The position numbers were made by a program, and so were the translations under genes. From the IMG/VR virus record IMGVR_UViG_3300023179_000012: a stretch of 64,000 nt of DNA; one strand, written 5' to 3'. The notes under the pieces were generated by a model. That model was given only the letters and a program-made list of their open reading frames with translations. It searched no databases and was not told the DNA's origin. Of the stretch, positions 5,225 through 15,230 are shown one piece after another. Numbering within the stretch: the first letter of the stretch is position 1; each line of letters opens with the position of its first letter. The DNA comes from a virus.

Positions 5225-5813
5225 AGAATTTATAACAGTATGGGAAAAAATTAGTAAAAAATTAGGCTATAAATTTAAGTTTGGGTATCATAGTCACGAG
5301 GATATGAAGCAACAGGCCGCCATATTCGCCTTGGAAGGACTTAAAAATTATGATAATAAAAGGCCCCTAGAAAATTTCTTATGGACCCACGTGAGAAATC
5401 GACTCTTTAATTACAAAAGAGATAACTATCAAAGGCCCGATAAACCCTGCTTCACCTGTCCTTTTTACAAACCAAATGATAGTGCTTGTTCTAGTGGTTG
5501 TTCAGAATTTAAAAACAAAAGTGATTGTGAATTATTCGCCTCATGGAGCAAACGAAACGATACCAAAAAAAATATTATGAAACCAGTTGGTATAGATAAT
5601 GTTAACGAAAATAGTACCGAAATAGTTGACTTTAATCTTCTGGACGCTATTAGTAACAAAGAAATTATTAAAATTATAGATAATAATATTAGTATTAAAA
5701 ATCGCCCCATATTTCTCAAATTGCTAGGAGGCAGCAAAGTTTCTAAGCTTGAAGTTAACAAACTAGTCAAAGAAATAAAAAAAATATTAAAAGACAATGA
5801 CATCAACTCCTAA
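5163..5813 (+). CDS. Phage RNA polymerase sigma factor (sigma70 region 2-like) with Cys-rich insert
   Basis: EDMKQQAAIFALEGLKNYDNKRPLENFLWTHVRNRLFNYKR follows the region 2 pattern; followed by CFTCPFY...CSSGC...DC. Confidence 0.75.
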   Translation: MSKNKKTPKKKTNLPNNITDEEFITVWEKISKKLGYKFKFGYHSHEDMKQQAAIFALEGLKNYDNKRPLENFLWTHVRNRLFNYKRDNYQRPDKPCFTCPFYKPNDSACSSGCSEFKNKSDCELFASWSKRNDTKKNIMKPVGIDNVNENSTEIVDFNLLDAISNKEIIKIIDNNISIKNRPIFLKLLGGSKVSKLEVNKLVKEIKKILKDNDINS

Positions 5814-6615
5814 AAAACGTGGACAACTCAGCTTGGATGAAGAAAAATACATCCGAGATAATATACAAACTCTTACTGTAGAACAAATTGCCGAAAGTTT
5901 AAATCGTAATGTTGCCCCGATTAAAAGATACATTAGCGAAACCAAGAACCTAGCCCCTTCTGCTGAAGACGATCTGCTAAAGCAAAAACTATATAGTAAA
6001 ACCTTTTGGTTTGAAATTAAAAAGCAGTTTGATGAGGATAGTGGCGAATTAGAATACTTTGAAAATATATGGATAAATTTAATGAAGCAATTTCGAGAGG
6101 ATGTGCTTCCTGCTGAAGAACTTCAGATCAAACAATTTATTACCATAGATATTCTTATTAATAGGAGTATGAAAGAACGAAAACGACATATTGCTGAAAC
6201 TGAAAAATTACAACGACTAGTTGATGCTGAATATGAAAAACCAGACGATCAAAGAGATGTTCCTCGATTGGCCAATCTTGAAACTCAATTAAGTTTCGCA
6301 CGAAATAGTATCGCTAATTACACTAACGAATATACCAAACTGCTTGGCGAACAACAAAAGATAAGTAAAGACTTAAAGGCTACCCGCGAACAACGTATTA
6401 AAAGAATAGAAGATGGTAAGAGTAGTTGGGTAGGATTAATTCGTATGCTTGAAGATGAGGATGTTAGAGAGAAAGAGGGTCGTGAGATGGAAATTATTCG
6501 TCTTGCCACAGACAAAGCACGAGAAAATCTAATGAGCTATCATGAATTTCAAGATGGTAAATTAGATATTCCACTATTAACCCCAGAATCAGTATTAAAA
6601 AATGAATCAACGTAA
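5797..6615 (+). CDS. Probable terminase small subunit (N-terminal HTH plus coiled coil)
   Basis: LSLDEEKYIRDNIQTLTVEQIAESLNRNVAPIKRYI is HTH-like; long heptad region; lies upstream of TerL. Confidence 0.45.
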   Translation: MTSTPKKRGQLSLDEEKYIRDNIQTLTVEQIAESLNRNVAPIKRYISETKNLAPSAEDDLLKQKLYSKTFWFEIKKQFDEDSGELEYFENIWINLMKQFREDVLPAEELQIKQFITIDILINRSMKERKRHIAETEKLQRLVDAEYEKPDDQRDVPRLANLETQLSFARNSIANYTNEYTKLLGEQQKISKDLKATREQRIKRIEDGKSSWVGLIRMLEDEDVREKEGREMEIIRLATDKARENLMSYHEFQDGKLDIPLLTPESVLKNEST

Positions 6616-6868
6616 CTATAACGATCCACAATATAAAAAGTGGAGAACCGATGTTTATAAAAGAGACAAATTCCAATGTCAGTGGCCAAATTGCACCTTC
6701 AAGAAAAAATTACATGCTCATCATATTTATAAATGGGCCGATTTCCCCGCTTTAAGATTCGTATTAGACAATGGCATATCTCTCTGCAAAATTCATCATG
6801 ACATGATTAAAAACCAAGAAGAAATATATGCTCCAGTATTTAGTAAAATTTTAGCGAGTAAAAAATGA
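6602..6868 (+). CDS. HNH endonuclease (packaging-associated position)
   Basis: CQWPNC...LHAHHI...DNGISLCKIHH motif. Confidence 0.9.
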   Translation: MNQRNYNDPQYKKWRTDVYKRDKFQCQWPNCTFKKKLHAHHIYKWADFPALRFVLDNGISLCKIHHDMIKNQEEIYAPVFSKILASKK

Positions 6869-7329
6869 TAGATAATGAATTTACTATTATTGTTGATACG
6901 CGAGAGCAAAAGCCTTGGAGCTTTGAGCATCATGCTAAAGCCGTTCATAAATTAGATACTGGAGACTATAGTATAGAAGGTTATCAGGATCTATTAGCCA
7001 TAGAACGCAAATGTAATGTTTCCGAATTCGCTAATAATATTACAGAAAGTCGATTTGTTGATGTTATAGAAAGACTTAGTAAAATTAAATATGCATTTAT
7101 ACTGTTCGAATTTGATATGAAACACGTTATGGATTATCCTATTGGCAGCAATATACCAAAACGATTATGGGATAAAATTCGTATTAGTCCAGCTTTTCTC
7201 ATTAAAAATATTGTAGATCTTCAAGTTAATCATAATATTAAAGTATTATTTTGTGGCAATAGTGAGAATGCTGAAAAGATAGCATTATCAATCATGAGGC
7301 GTGTTTACAAAGAGAATAAAAATGTATGA
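6865..7329 (+). CDS. ERCC4-domain (XPF/Mus81-like) nuclease
   Basis: IIVDTREQ, GDYS and AIERK match the ERCC4 VDxRE/GDY/ERK motifs. Confidence 0.85.
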   Translation: MIDNEFTIIVDTREQKPWSFEHHAKAVHKLDTGDYSIEGYQDLLAIERKCNVSEFANNITESRFVDVIERLSKIKYAFILFEFDMKHVMDYPIGSNIPKRLWDKIRISPAFLIKNIVDLQVNHNIKVLFCGNSENAEKIALSIMRRVYKENKNV

Positions 7330-9325
7330 TGATGCATGGCTAGGACTTGGTGAATTAGATAAAATAGTTATACCTTCTAATCCTATGATCAGAAGACACA
7401 AAAATGATATAGAAAGTCCTGATCGCCATCTTGTTAAACTACTCAAAGATCCAGCATATTTTGGAGCCACTTGTAAACTACTATTCGATATAGAATTGCA
7501 TCCAATCCAAATTGCTATTTTACAGGAATTTTGGATTCGTCCATTTCCAATGTTTGTGGCTAGTCGCGGTTTTGGTAAAAGCTTTATATTAGCTCTTTAC
7601 GCATTTTTGAAATGCATATTCGTACCCGGAACTAAAATTGTTATTGTTGGTGCGGCTTTTAGACAGAGTAAAGTTATATTTGAATACATGGAAACACTAT
7701 GGCGTAATAGCGCTATTATACGAAGCATATTTAATGGGAATGATGATGGTCCACGACGAGATGTTGATAGATGCACAATGAGATTAGGTACTAGTTGGGC
7801 TATCGCTATTCCTCTTGGTACAGGAGATAAAATTAGAGGTCTTAGAGCACACATCATTATCGCAGACGAATTTGCTTCTATATCTCCAGATATTTACGAA
7901 ACGGTAGTTTCTGGTTTCGCTGCTGTAAGTGCCACTCCAATACAAAATGTTAAGAAAGAAGCTAAAAAATTAGCAATGAAAGAGGCTGGCTTATGGAATG
8001 AAGATCTAGAAAATCTTAGTCAAAGTATGGGTAACCAAGCTATTATTGCTGGAACAGCAGACTATGCTTTTAAGCATTTTGCATCTTATTGGAAAAGATA
8101 TAAAACTATTATTGAAAGCAAAGGTGAACAACACAAATTACAAGAGATTTTTAAAAGTGAAGTTCCAGATAATTTTAACTGGAAAGATTATAGTATTATA
8201 CGAATGCCATACGAGTTAATTCCCAAAGGTTTTATGGATGATAAACAGGTTGCACGAGCTAAAGCTACTATTCATACTGGTATTTATAATATGGAGTATG
8301 CGGCTTGTTTTACAGAAGACAGTGACGGATTCTTTAGAAGAAGTCTTATCGAAAGTTGTGTAACAAAAGACTCAGCGCCCGTAGTTATTAATAATGAGCC
8401 AATTATCTTTGACGCTAAGATTAATGGTGATCCCAATTTAAAATATATTTATGGTGTTGATCCTGCTAGTGAAAAAGATAATTTTAGTATAGTGGTTCTA
8501 GAGTTACATCCTACTCATAGCAGAATAGTTTATTGTTGGACTACTAATCGTACTAATTTTAAAGAACGTCAAAAAGCCGGATTAATTAGTGATCATGATT
8601 TTTATGCTTTTTGTTCTCGTAAGATTCGTAATCTAATGAAAACTTTTCCTTGTGAACGTATTGGTATGGATGCTCAGGGAGGTGGTATTGCTATCGAAGA
8701 AGCTTTACATGATCCAGCTAAATTACAAGACGGCGAACATTTGATATGGCCAACGATAGAAGATAAAGCTAAAGATACTGATGATCAATCTGGATTACAC
8801 ATTCTAGAATTGGTTCAATTTGCTAAAGCAGATTGGACAGCTCAATCTAATCACGGTTTAAGAAAAGATTTAGAAGATAAAGTTTTACTATTTCCTCGAT
8901 TTGATGAGGTTAGTTTAGTATTAGCTCTTGATCAAGAAAATAGAAACATAGAAACCGCCGATTTGACTCCAATTTATGATAGTCTAAGCGAATGTATACT
9001 TGAGATAGAAGAACTCAAAAATGAGTTGACTACCATTGTTATGAGTCAGACCAGCGGTTCAGCAGGAGCAAGAGATCGCTGGGATACTCCGGATATTAAA
9101 ATGCCTAATGGTAAAAAAGGTAAACTACGAAAAGACCGTTATAGTGCTCTACTTATAGCAAATATGTTAGCTAGACAAATGAATAGATCTTTACAACACG
9201 TTACTTATGATATTATTGGAACAGATGCTTCTCAAGCCGTAAAAAATAATGGTCAAATGTATAAGGGACCAAAATGGTTTACAGAAGCTGCTAATGAGGA
9301 TATTTATATGGGAATACGCAAGTAG
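7322..9325 (+). CDS. terL: Terminase large subunit
   Basis: Walker A ASRGFGKS, Walker B IIIADEF, nuclease-domain GVDPA, GMDAQGGG and KDRYSAL; start 7322 overlaps the ERCC4 stop (the track start 7301 is also possible). Confidence 0.92.
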   Translation: MYDDAWLGLGELDKIVIPSNPMIRRHKNDIESPDRHLVKLLKDPAYFGATCKLLFDIELHPIQIAILQEFWIRPFPMFVASRGFGKSFILALYAFLKCIFVPGTKIVIVGAAFRQSKVIFEYMETLWRNSAIIRSIFNGNDDGPRRDVDRCTMRLGTSWAIAIPLGTGDKIRGLRAHIIIADEFASISPDIYETVVSGFAAVSATPIQNVKKEAKKLAMKEAGLWNEDLENLSQSMGNQAIIAGTADYAFKHFASYWKRYKTIIESKGEQHKLQEIFKSEVPDNFNWKDYSIIRMPYELIPKGFMDDKQVARAKATIHTGIYNMEYAACFTEDSDGFFRRSLIESCVTKDSAPVVINNEPIIFDAKINGDPNLKYIYGVDPASEKDNFSIVVLELHPTHSRIVYCWTTNRTNFKERQKAGLISDHDFYAFCSRKIRNLMKTFPCERIGMDAQGGGIAIEEALHDPAKLQDGEHLIWPTIEDKAKDTDDQSGLHILELVQFAKADWTAQSNHGLRKDLEDKVLLFPRFDEVSLVLALDQENRNIETADLTPIYDSLSECILEIEELKNELTTIVMSQTSGSAGARDRWDTPDIKMPNGKKGKLRKDRYSALLIANMLARQMNRSLQHVTYDIIGTDASQAVKNNGQMYKGPKWFTEAANEDIYMGIRK

Positions 9326-9326
9326 T

Positions 9327-9341
9327 GTGTATATTCTATTA
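9327..9341 (+). promoter_or_regulatory. Putative late promoter motif GTGTAT-N7-TA (portal)
   Basis: GTGTATATTCTATTA in the TerL-portal gap; the same motif precedes other late operons. Confidence 0.5.
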
Positions 9342-9370
9342 CAATCCTATTACAATACAAATGAAATATT

Positions 9371-11572
9371 ATGGCTAAAAAATATCCAAAAAGCGAAGCT
9401 ATTAACGATGCAGAATTGGCCAATCAGGAAGCTTATGTTACTTGGGGAGATGATCTTCAAAGCAAACAAGACGCTTTAAAACAAACTTCTGGATGTTTAG
9501 AGGAATTTGGCCTTTATCAAAGCACTGCTGGTTTTAGAAATCGCAGTAATGATTATAGCAATTTACTTCCTGGCGGTATTCACGGTAAACCCGGATTAAC
9601 TCGACGAGGATACGATTATTTTCGTCCAGACGAAGCTGTTCCAACAGAAATTAAATTAATTCTTAGAAGAGCAGATGATGTTTATCAAAGAGTAGGATTA
9701 GTAAAAAATGTTATCGATCTTATGGCAGACTTTGCTGTTCAGGGAATCAAGCCGGTCCATAAAAACAAAAGAATAGAAAGATTCTATCGCAAATGGTTTA
9801 AGAAAGTTAATGGAAAAGAAAGAAGCGAAAGATTTCTTAATAATATCTATAGAGTAGCAAATGTTGTTATTAATAGACAAACAGCAAAAATTAGTTTAAA
9901 AACCGCTGATGAATTTTTTAGATCAACAGCAGCCGCTGATACCACAGAACAAGATGATAATATTGTTAATGTTGATAAAAGAGAAATTCCTTGGAGATAT
10001 ACTTTTATTGATCCTGTTTATGTGAATGTTTCAGCGGGATCACTATCCTCATTCGTTGGTCAGAAAAGATACGAACTTATGATACCAACAGCATTGAGAA
10101 GAATTATAACAGCTCCTAAAACAGATAATGAAAAAGCTATTATAGCAGGATTACCCGCACAGATTTTAGAAGCCGCTAAAGTAAAGAAGCCATATCCATT
10201 AGATCCACAAAAAACACTAGTATTTCACTATAAGAAAGACGATTGGCAAAGTTGGGCCTATCCCATGATCTATAGCATTATGGATGATATTACAGTTATT
10301 GAAAAATTAAAACTTGCAGATATGTCCGCTTTAGATGGCGCTATCAGCAACATTAGAATTTTTAAGCTTGGTAATCTAGAACATAAAATTGCTCCTACCA
10401 AGGCTGCTGCTAGTAAACTATCTAATATTTTACAAAACAATGTGGGAGGCGGCACACTAGATTTAGTTTGGGGACCAGATATTGAATTAATAGAGTCTCA
10501 AACTAATGTTCATCAATTTCTTGGTGAAAGTAAATATATTCCACATATGAATAGTGTTTATGCAGGATTGGGAATTCCACCCACTCTTACTGGCACGTTT
10601 GGTGCTGCTGGTACAACAAATAATTTCATTAGCTTAAAAACTCTGACACAAAGACTTCAATATGGTAGAGACACACTAATAACATTTTGGGAAAAAGAAT
10701 TTGAACTAGTCCAAAAGGCTATGGGTTTTAAATATGCTGCTCGTTTAGAATTTGATAGAATGGATCTAAGTAATGAAGATGCTGAAAAAGCATTATTAAT
10801 TCAACTAGCAGACAGAAATATTATAAGCGATGAACTTATTCAAAGTAGATTTGGTTTTGATCCAGAAATGGAGAAAGTAAGACTAAACAGAGAAAGCAGA
10901 GAAAGAGATTCTAATCGCATGGTACCAAAAGCTGGGCCGTGGTATGATCCAATGTTTGAAGAGAGTCTTAAGAAGATAGCTCTACAAATTGGTTTAGTAA
11001 CCCCGAGTCAGGTTGGATTAGAACTCGAAAAGAAAAAAGGTGGCGAAAAAACAGCTTTGGAAATGAAAGTACCCTCGCTACCATTCGGTCAACAGCCAAC
11101 CGTTAAAGATTCGCCAGAATCTTTAAAAGGAGAACCACAGCAAGGTCGCCCCAAAAATTCTAAAGATACCATAAAAAGAAAGCCCAAAAAATTTAGTCCA
11201 CAGACCGGAGCAAAGTTACAGATATGGGCCGATTCAGCCCAAGACACAATATCAGAATTGATGAATCCAATCTTGTTAGATTTTTATAGCAAGAAAAATA
11301 TGAGGAGTTTATCAAGCGTTCAATATGATGAGGCAGAAGCCACGAAAACTAAAATCCTATTATCTGCATCACCTTTTGTTAATATTGATGATAGTTATAT
11401 CTTAGATACCTTTAATAGTGTACAAAGTGCTAATATTAATGAGCTATATAATTATTATCTTCAATTTTTGAATGGTATGAAATCTAGTCTAGCCAGAGAA
11501 TTAACAGTACAGGAATTAAAAAACATTAAATCCTATTTTTATTCTACGGTGTATGACACTTTAACCCAATGA
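9371..11572 (+). CDS. Portal protein
   Basis: 733 aa between TerL and the head protease; YQRVGLVKNVIDLMADF, AGLGIPPTL and RFGFDPEME are portal-like segments. Confidence 0.8.
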   Translation: MAKKYPKSEAINDAELANQEAYVTWGDDLQSKQDALKQTSGCLEEFGLYQSTAGFRNRSNDYSNLLPGGIHGKPGLTRRGYDYFRPDEAVPTEIKLILRRADDVYQRVGLVKNVIDLMADFAVQGIKPVHKNKRIERFYRKWFKKVNGKERSERFLNNIYRVANVVINRQTAKISLKTADEFFRSTAAADTTEQDDNIVNVDKREIPWRYTFIDPVYVNVSAGSLSSFVGQKRYELMIPTALRRIITAPKTDNEKAIIAGLPAQILEAAKVKKPYPLDPQKTLVFHYKKDDWQSWAYPMIYSIMDDITVIEKLKLADMSALDGAISNIRIFKLGNLEHKIAPTKAAASKLSNILQNNVGGGTLDLVWGPDIELIESQTNVHQFLGESKYIPHMNSVYAGLGIPPTLTGTFGAAGTTNNFISLKTLTQRLQYGRDTLITFWEKEFELVQKAMGFKYAARLEFDRMDLSNEDAEKALLIQLADRNIISDELIQSRFGFDPEMEKVRLNRESRERDSNRMVPKAGPWYDPMFEESLKKIALQIGLVTPSQVGLELEKKKGGEKTALEMKVPSLPFGQQPTVKDSPESLKGEPQQGRPKNSKDTIKRKPKKFSPQTGAKLQIWADSAQDTISELMNPILLDFYSKKNMRSLSSVQYDEAEATKTKILLSASPFVNIDDSYILDTFNSVQSANINELYNYYLQFLNGMKSSLARELTVQELKNIKSYFYSTVYDTLTQ
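11548..11563 (+). promoter_or_regulatory. Putative late promoter motif (protease operon)
   Basis: GGTGTATGACACTTTA, with the hexamer ~28 nt before the ATG at 11582. Confidence 0.5.
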
Positions 11573-11581
11573 GATTAAAAT

Positions 11582-13102
11582 ATGATTATTTATAGTCAAG
11601 AAATTAAAGATGGATTATTCCATCAAATACAATCACAAGCCAGTGTAACAACGGCTTCTGTTGCTTTTCCTGTTGAGGAAATTGGTAAACAGAATATTAA
11701 AAATATTAAAGCATTAGCCTCTTATGAGGATAGCGATCTTTATTATGTGCAATCGATTTTAGTAACATCATCTTGGAATAAAAATGATGATATATTTACT
11801 AAAGAAGAAGTTTGGGCAGCAAAAAATACTCCAGAAGACAAGCCCACCAACTTAGAACATGATGAAAATACTATTATTGGCCATATAGTTTCAAATTGGT
11901 CAATAACCGATGATGGTATTCTTATTTCCGATTCGACTCCGGTAGAAAATTTACCAGAAAAATTTCATATAGTTACTGGATCAGTAATATACAAAGCGTA
12001 TACTAATCCAGAACTAAAAGAGAGAACAGCTAAACTAATAGCGGAAATTGAAAATGGTAGTAAATATGTTAGTATGGAATGTATGTTTAAGGGATTTGAT
12101 TATGGCTTAATTAATGAAGCTACTGGAGAATATAAAATATTATCTCGTTCAGAGAATACTGCCTTTTTAACAAAACACTTAAGAGCTTACGGCGGAAGTG
12201 GTAAATATCAAGATCATAAAGTTGGTAGAGTTCTTAGAAGCATAACTTTTTCAGGTAAAGGTTATGTTGACAAACCAGCAAATCCAGATAGTATAATATT
12301 TAATAAAGAAAATTTTTCTGGCTTTTCTTATTTAAAAAATGCTGATAAATCTTTTTCGGGTGTATCAGATAGTAGACAAAATCCTATGGAGGTCAATAAT
12401 ATGAGTTTAGAAAAAGAAGTCGCTGAATTACAAGATAAGGTAGAAGCTATGAGCGATTGCGCTCAAGCTACCAAAGACGCATTTGCCCAGGTCAAAGAGC
12501 TACAAGACAAAATTGTTGCTTTAGAAACAGCAATTGCAGAAAAAGATAGTGAAATTGCTTCTAACAAAGCGGCTCTTGAAGAGTTGACCGCCCAAACTGA
12601 AGCTGCTAAAAAAATGACTGAAGAAGAAATGATGAAAAAAGAAGAAGAGATGAAAAAAGCAAAATCAGATCTTGATGCTGCTTTAGAAACTGTTGCGGTC
12701 TATAAGAGTAAAGAAGAAGAGATGATGAAGAAAGAAAAGAAGATGAAAAGAATGGCAACTCTCATCGAAAATGGCTTGGATACCGAACTTGCCACAAGCA
12801 CAGTTGATAAGTTCGAAAATCTAGATGATGCTTCTTTTGACAGCATGACAGAAGTTTTTGCTGCTATGATGCCAATGAAGAAAAAGAAAATGGAAGAAGA
12901 AGCAATGATTATGAAAAAAGTTAAGTCAAACGAAGAAACCGTTGCTGAAGAAGCACTAGAGAATGCCGAGCCAAGTAATGATATTGATCTAAGCGCTGGA
13001 AGTGATTCCAGTATTGCAGAAGAGGCTGTCAGTACAACTCGTGCAGCATTAGTTGATTTTGTATGTGCTAGACTAGGTAAAAAACTTACTAAGGGAGAAT
13101 AA
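11582..13102 (+). CDS. Prohead protease-scaffold fusion
   Basis: N-terminal domain with PTNLEHD, VSMEC and FSGKGYVDKPANPDS, typical of head maturation proteases; C-terminal acidic coiled coil. Confidence 0.75.
   Translation: MIIYSQEIKDGLFHQIQSQASVTTASVAFPVEEIGKQNIKNIKALASYEDSDLYYVQSILVTSSWNKNDDIFTKEEVWAAKNTPEDKPTNLEHDENTIIGHIVSNWSITDDGILISDSTPVENLPEKFHIVTGSVIYKAYTNPELKERTAKLIAEIENGSKYVSMECMFKGFDYGLINEATGEYKILSRSENTAFLTKHLRAYGGSGKYQDHKVGRVLRSITFSGKGYVDKPANPDSIIFNKENFSGFSYLKNADKSFSGVSDSRQNPMEVNNMSLEKEVAELQDKVEAMSDCAQATKDAFAQVKELQDKIVALETAIAEKDSEIASNKAALEELTAQTEAAKKMTEEEMMKKEEEMKKAKSDLDAALETVAVYKSKEEEMMKKEKKMKRMATLIENGLDTELATSTVDKFENLDDASFDSMTEVFAAMMPMKKKKMEEEAMIMKKVKSNEETVAEEALENAEPSNDIDLSAGSDSSIAEEAVSTTRAALVDFVCARLGKKLTKGE
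12401..13102 (+). CDS. Nested in-frame scaffolding protein, 233 aa
   Basis: Internal GGTGTAT motif (12359), GGAGG SD (12388-12392) and in-frame ATG at 12401, exactly where the coiled coil MSLEKEVAELQDK begins. Confidence 0.65.
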   Translation: MSLEKEVAELQDKVEAMSDCAQATKDAFAQVKELQDKIVALETAIAEKDSEIASNKAALEELTAQTEAAKKMTEEEMMKKEEEMKKAKSDLDAALETVAVYKSKEEEMMKKEKKMKRMATLIENGLDTELATSTVDKFENLDDASFDSMTEVFAAMMPMKKKKMEEEAMIMKKVKSNEETVAEEALENAEPSNDIDLSAGSDSSIAEEAVSTTRAALVDFVCARLGKKLTKGE

Positions 13103-13106
13103 TAAC

Positions 13107-13571
13107 ATGGCTCTTAAATCAGATCGTATCGAACTTTTAACTGATATTTCATTTTTCATGAACACAATAGCAGAACGCGGCGGCGTTGCCGGTATTGCTG
13201 TTAGTGGAACAGCTGGTTCTGGTGTTTCTATGGATGATGCCAATGCTGTTGTTGCTTATGTAGCAGCCGTATCAGGCACACGTCCAATCGGTGTTCTACT
13301 TAACGATGTTGTTAGTCTTGATCTGACAAGACAACACATCAACTGGCACAAAGATGAGGTGCAAGTTGGTGGTAAGGTAACACTACTACGAAACGGTCAA
13401 GTAACAACAAATCGTCTCGTATCTGGTATTACTCCAACAGCAGGCACTCCAGCATATGTTGGTGCTAGTGGCCTAGTTGGTACAAGTAGTACAAATGCTG
13501 TTCAAATCGGCACGTTCCTTAGTGGTAAGGACGCCGATGGTTACGCCAAAGTATCCGTCAATATCGCTTAA
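13107..13571 (+). CDS. Capsid decoration/stabilisation protein
   Basis: 154 aa, Gly/Ala/Val-rich beta pattern, between scaffold and MCP; SD GGGAG. Confidence 0.65.
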   Translation: MALKSDRIELLTDISFFMNTIAERGGVAGIAVSGTAGSGVSMDDANAVVAYVAAVSGTRPIGVLLNDVVSLDLTRQHINWHKDEVQVGGKVTLLRNGQVTTNRLVSGITPTAGTPAYVGASGLVGTSSTNAVQIGTFLSGKDADGYAKVSVNIA

Positions 13572-13589
13572 TTAAGGGAGAAAAATAAC

Positions 13590-14591
13590 ATGAGTAAAGC
13601 TTTTGTTCCAACTCCAGAACTTTCTGAACTTTTAGTTCGTTCTGGTTCATTAAATAAAGAGGAAGCTCTAGGTGCTAACGCAGAATTTGCCAAAGCTCTA
13701 GAACTACCACTTCGTCAGGGCATTCTAAATGGCGATATTCTAGATGGCATCTTTGAGCCAATTGCATTGAGCCAAGGCGCTACTCCAGAATTCCCATTAG
13801 ATTTTATCGCCCCAGGTACCGAGAAGGATTTTGTGGCCTACACAATTCCTAATCACGGTTATATTCCAGAGCGTCACGTTGAAGGCGATTATGTCATGGT
13901 TCCAACCTTTGACATTGGTGCCAGTATTGATTATCTTCTAAAGTATGCCCGCGATGCCCGTTGGGACGTTGTTGGTCGTGCTATGGAAGTAATGGAAGCT
14001 CAATTCGTTAAGAAGATGAACGATGACGGCTGGCACACACTTTTAGCCGCTGGTGTTGATCGCAATATCGTCGTGTTCGATAGCGATGCTAACGCTGGTC
14101 AATTCACCAAGCGTCTTGTTAGTCTCATGAAGACCGTTATGCGTAGAAACGGTGGTGGTAACTCGGCTAGTAATAATCGTGGTATGCTAACTGATCTCTA
14201 CGTTAGTCCAGAAGCGATGGAAGATATTCGTAACTGGGGTCTTGACCAAGTTGACGAAGTAACTCGTAGAGAAATCTATGTTGCTGCTGATGGTACTCTT
14301 AACAGAGTATTTGGTGTTAACCTTCATGATCGTGACGAACTTGGAGAAAGTCAAGAGTATCAACTATTCTATGCAAACACACTATCTGGTACTCTACCAG
14401 CCAGTGACTATGAATTAGTAGTTGGTCTTGATCTTCGCAAGAGAGACAGTTTCATAATGCCAGTTCGCCAAGAAGTTCAAATCTTCGAAGACGATACACT
14501 ACATCGTCAAAAGAGAGCTGGTTTCTATGGTTGGGCTGAACAAGGCTTTGCTGTTCTCGACAATCGTAGAGTACTCCTTGGTTCTCTCTAA
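13590..14591 (+). CDS. Major capsid protein
   Basis: 333 aa, position after scaffold and decoration genes, biased codons, strong terminator after it; LYVSPEAMEDI and GFYGWAEQGFAVLD are HK97-fold-like segments. Confidence 0.85.
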   Translation: MSKAFVPTPELSELLVRSGSLNKEEALGANAEFAKALELPLRQGILNGDILDGIFEPIALSQGATPEFPLDFIAPGTEKDFVAYTIPNHGYIPERHVEGDYVMVPTFDIGASIDYLLKYARDARWDVVGRAMEVMEAQFVKKMNDDGWHTLLAAGVDRNIVVFDSDANAGQFTKRLVSLMKTVMRRNGGGNSASNNRGMLTDLYVSPEAMEDIRNWGLDQVDEVTRREIYVAADGTLNRVFGVNLHDRDELGESQEYQLFYANTLSGTLPASDYELVVGLDLRKRDSFIMPVRQEVQIFEDDTLHRQKRAGFYGWAEQGFAVLDNRRVLLGSL

Positions 14592-14619
14592 TTTAGAGAT
14601 AACGGATACAATCAAAACT

Positions 14620-14647
14620 AGCCGTTCCTTTGGGGGCGGCTTTTTTT
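14620..14647 (+). terminator. Intrinsic terminator after the MCP
   Basis: AGCCGTTCC-TTTG-GGGGCGGCT followed by a T-run. Confidence 0.85.
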
Positions 14648-14655
14648 GTTTATTA

Positions 14656-14670
14656 GGTGTATAGTATTTA
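14656..14670 (+). promoter_or_regulatory. Putative late promoter motif
   Basis: GGTGTATAGTATTTA immediately after the terminator and before the ATG at 14697. Confidence 0.55.
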
Positions 14671-14696
14671 TATACAACAAAATATGAGGATACAAT

Positions 14697-15218
14697 ATGT
14701 CATGGCAAACAGAGTTGACCGCAATGGTAAGAACTTTAATTAACGATGCCACAAAACCATATCAATTTAGTGATGATAGAATCATACAAACTATATTAGT
14801 GGCTGGTAAATATCTTCAATTTGATGTTGTATTGGATCGTGCGTATACAATAAATGTTATTAATAAGACTATTACTCCAGATCCTACAGTTGATGATGAT
14901 GAAATTTTTATTATATTAGCCTCATTGAAAGCAGCCTGTTTAGTTGATCAAGGAATCCTGCGAACAAAAGCGGCTATGGAAGGCATTAGAGCCTCTCTTG
15001 GGCCTGCTAGTTTAAGTGTTGGCGGCTCTGCTGCTGGATGGGCTATGATTTTAGAACACGGACCATGTAAACTATATGATGATCTAGTTGAGCATTGGGA
15101 TGTTTCTAATGCTAGTGCTATTGCGGCTGTGCTTGGTCCATTTAGTGGTAATAAGTTTGATCCTGAATTTCAACACGATAGAAGTAGAAATAGCGACAGA
15201 AACGGTTTTTATTATTAA
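14697..15218 (+). CDS. Probable head-tail adaptor
   Basis: 173 aa, first gene after the MCP; VRTLIND...YQFSDDRI helical pattern typical of gp15/gp6-like adaptors. Confidence 0.6.
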   Translation: MSWQTELTAMVRTLINDATKPYQFSDDRIIQTILVAGKYLQFDVVLDRAYTINVINKTITPDPTVDDDEIFIILASLKAACLVDQGILRTKAAMEGIRASLGPASLSVGGSAAGWAMILEHGPCKLYDDLVEHWDVSNASAIAAVLGPFSGNKFDPEFQHDRSRNSDRNGFYY

Positions 15219-15230
15219 TGGAGAAATAAT

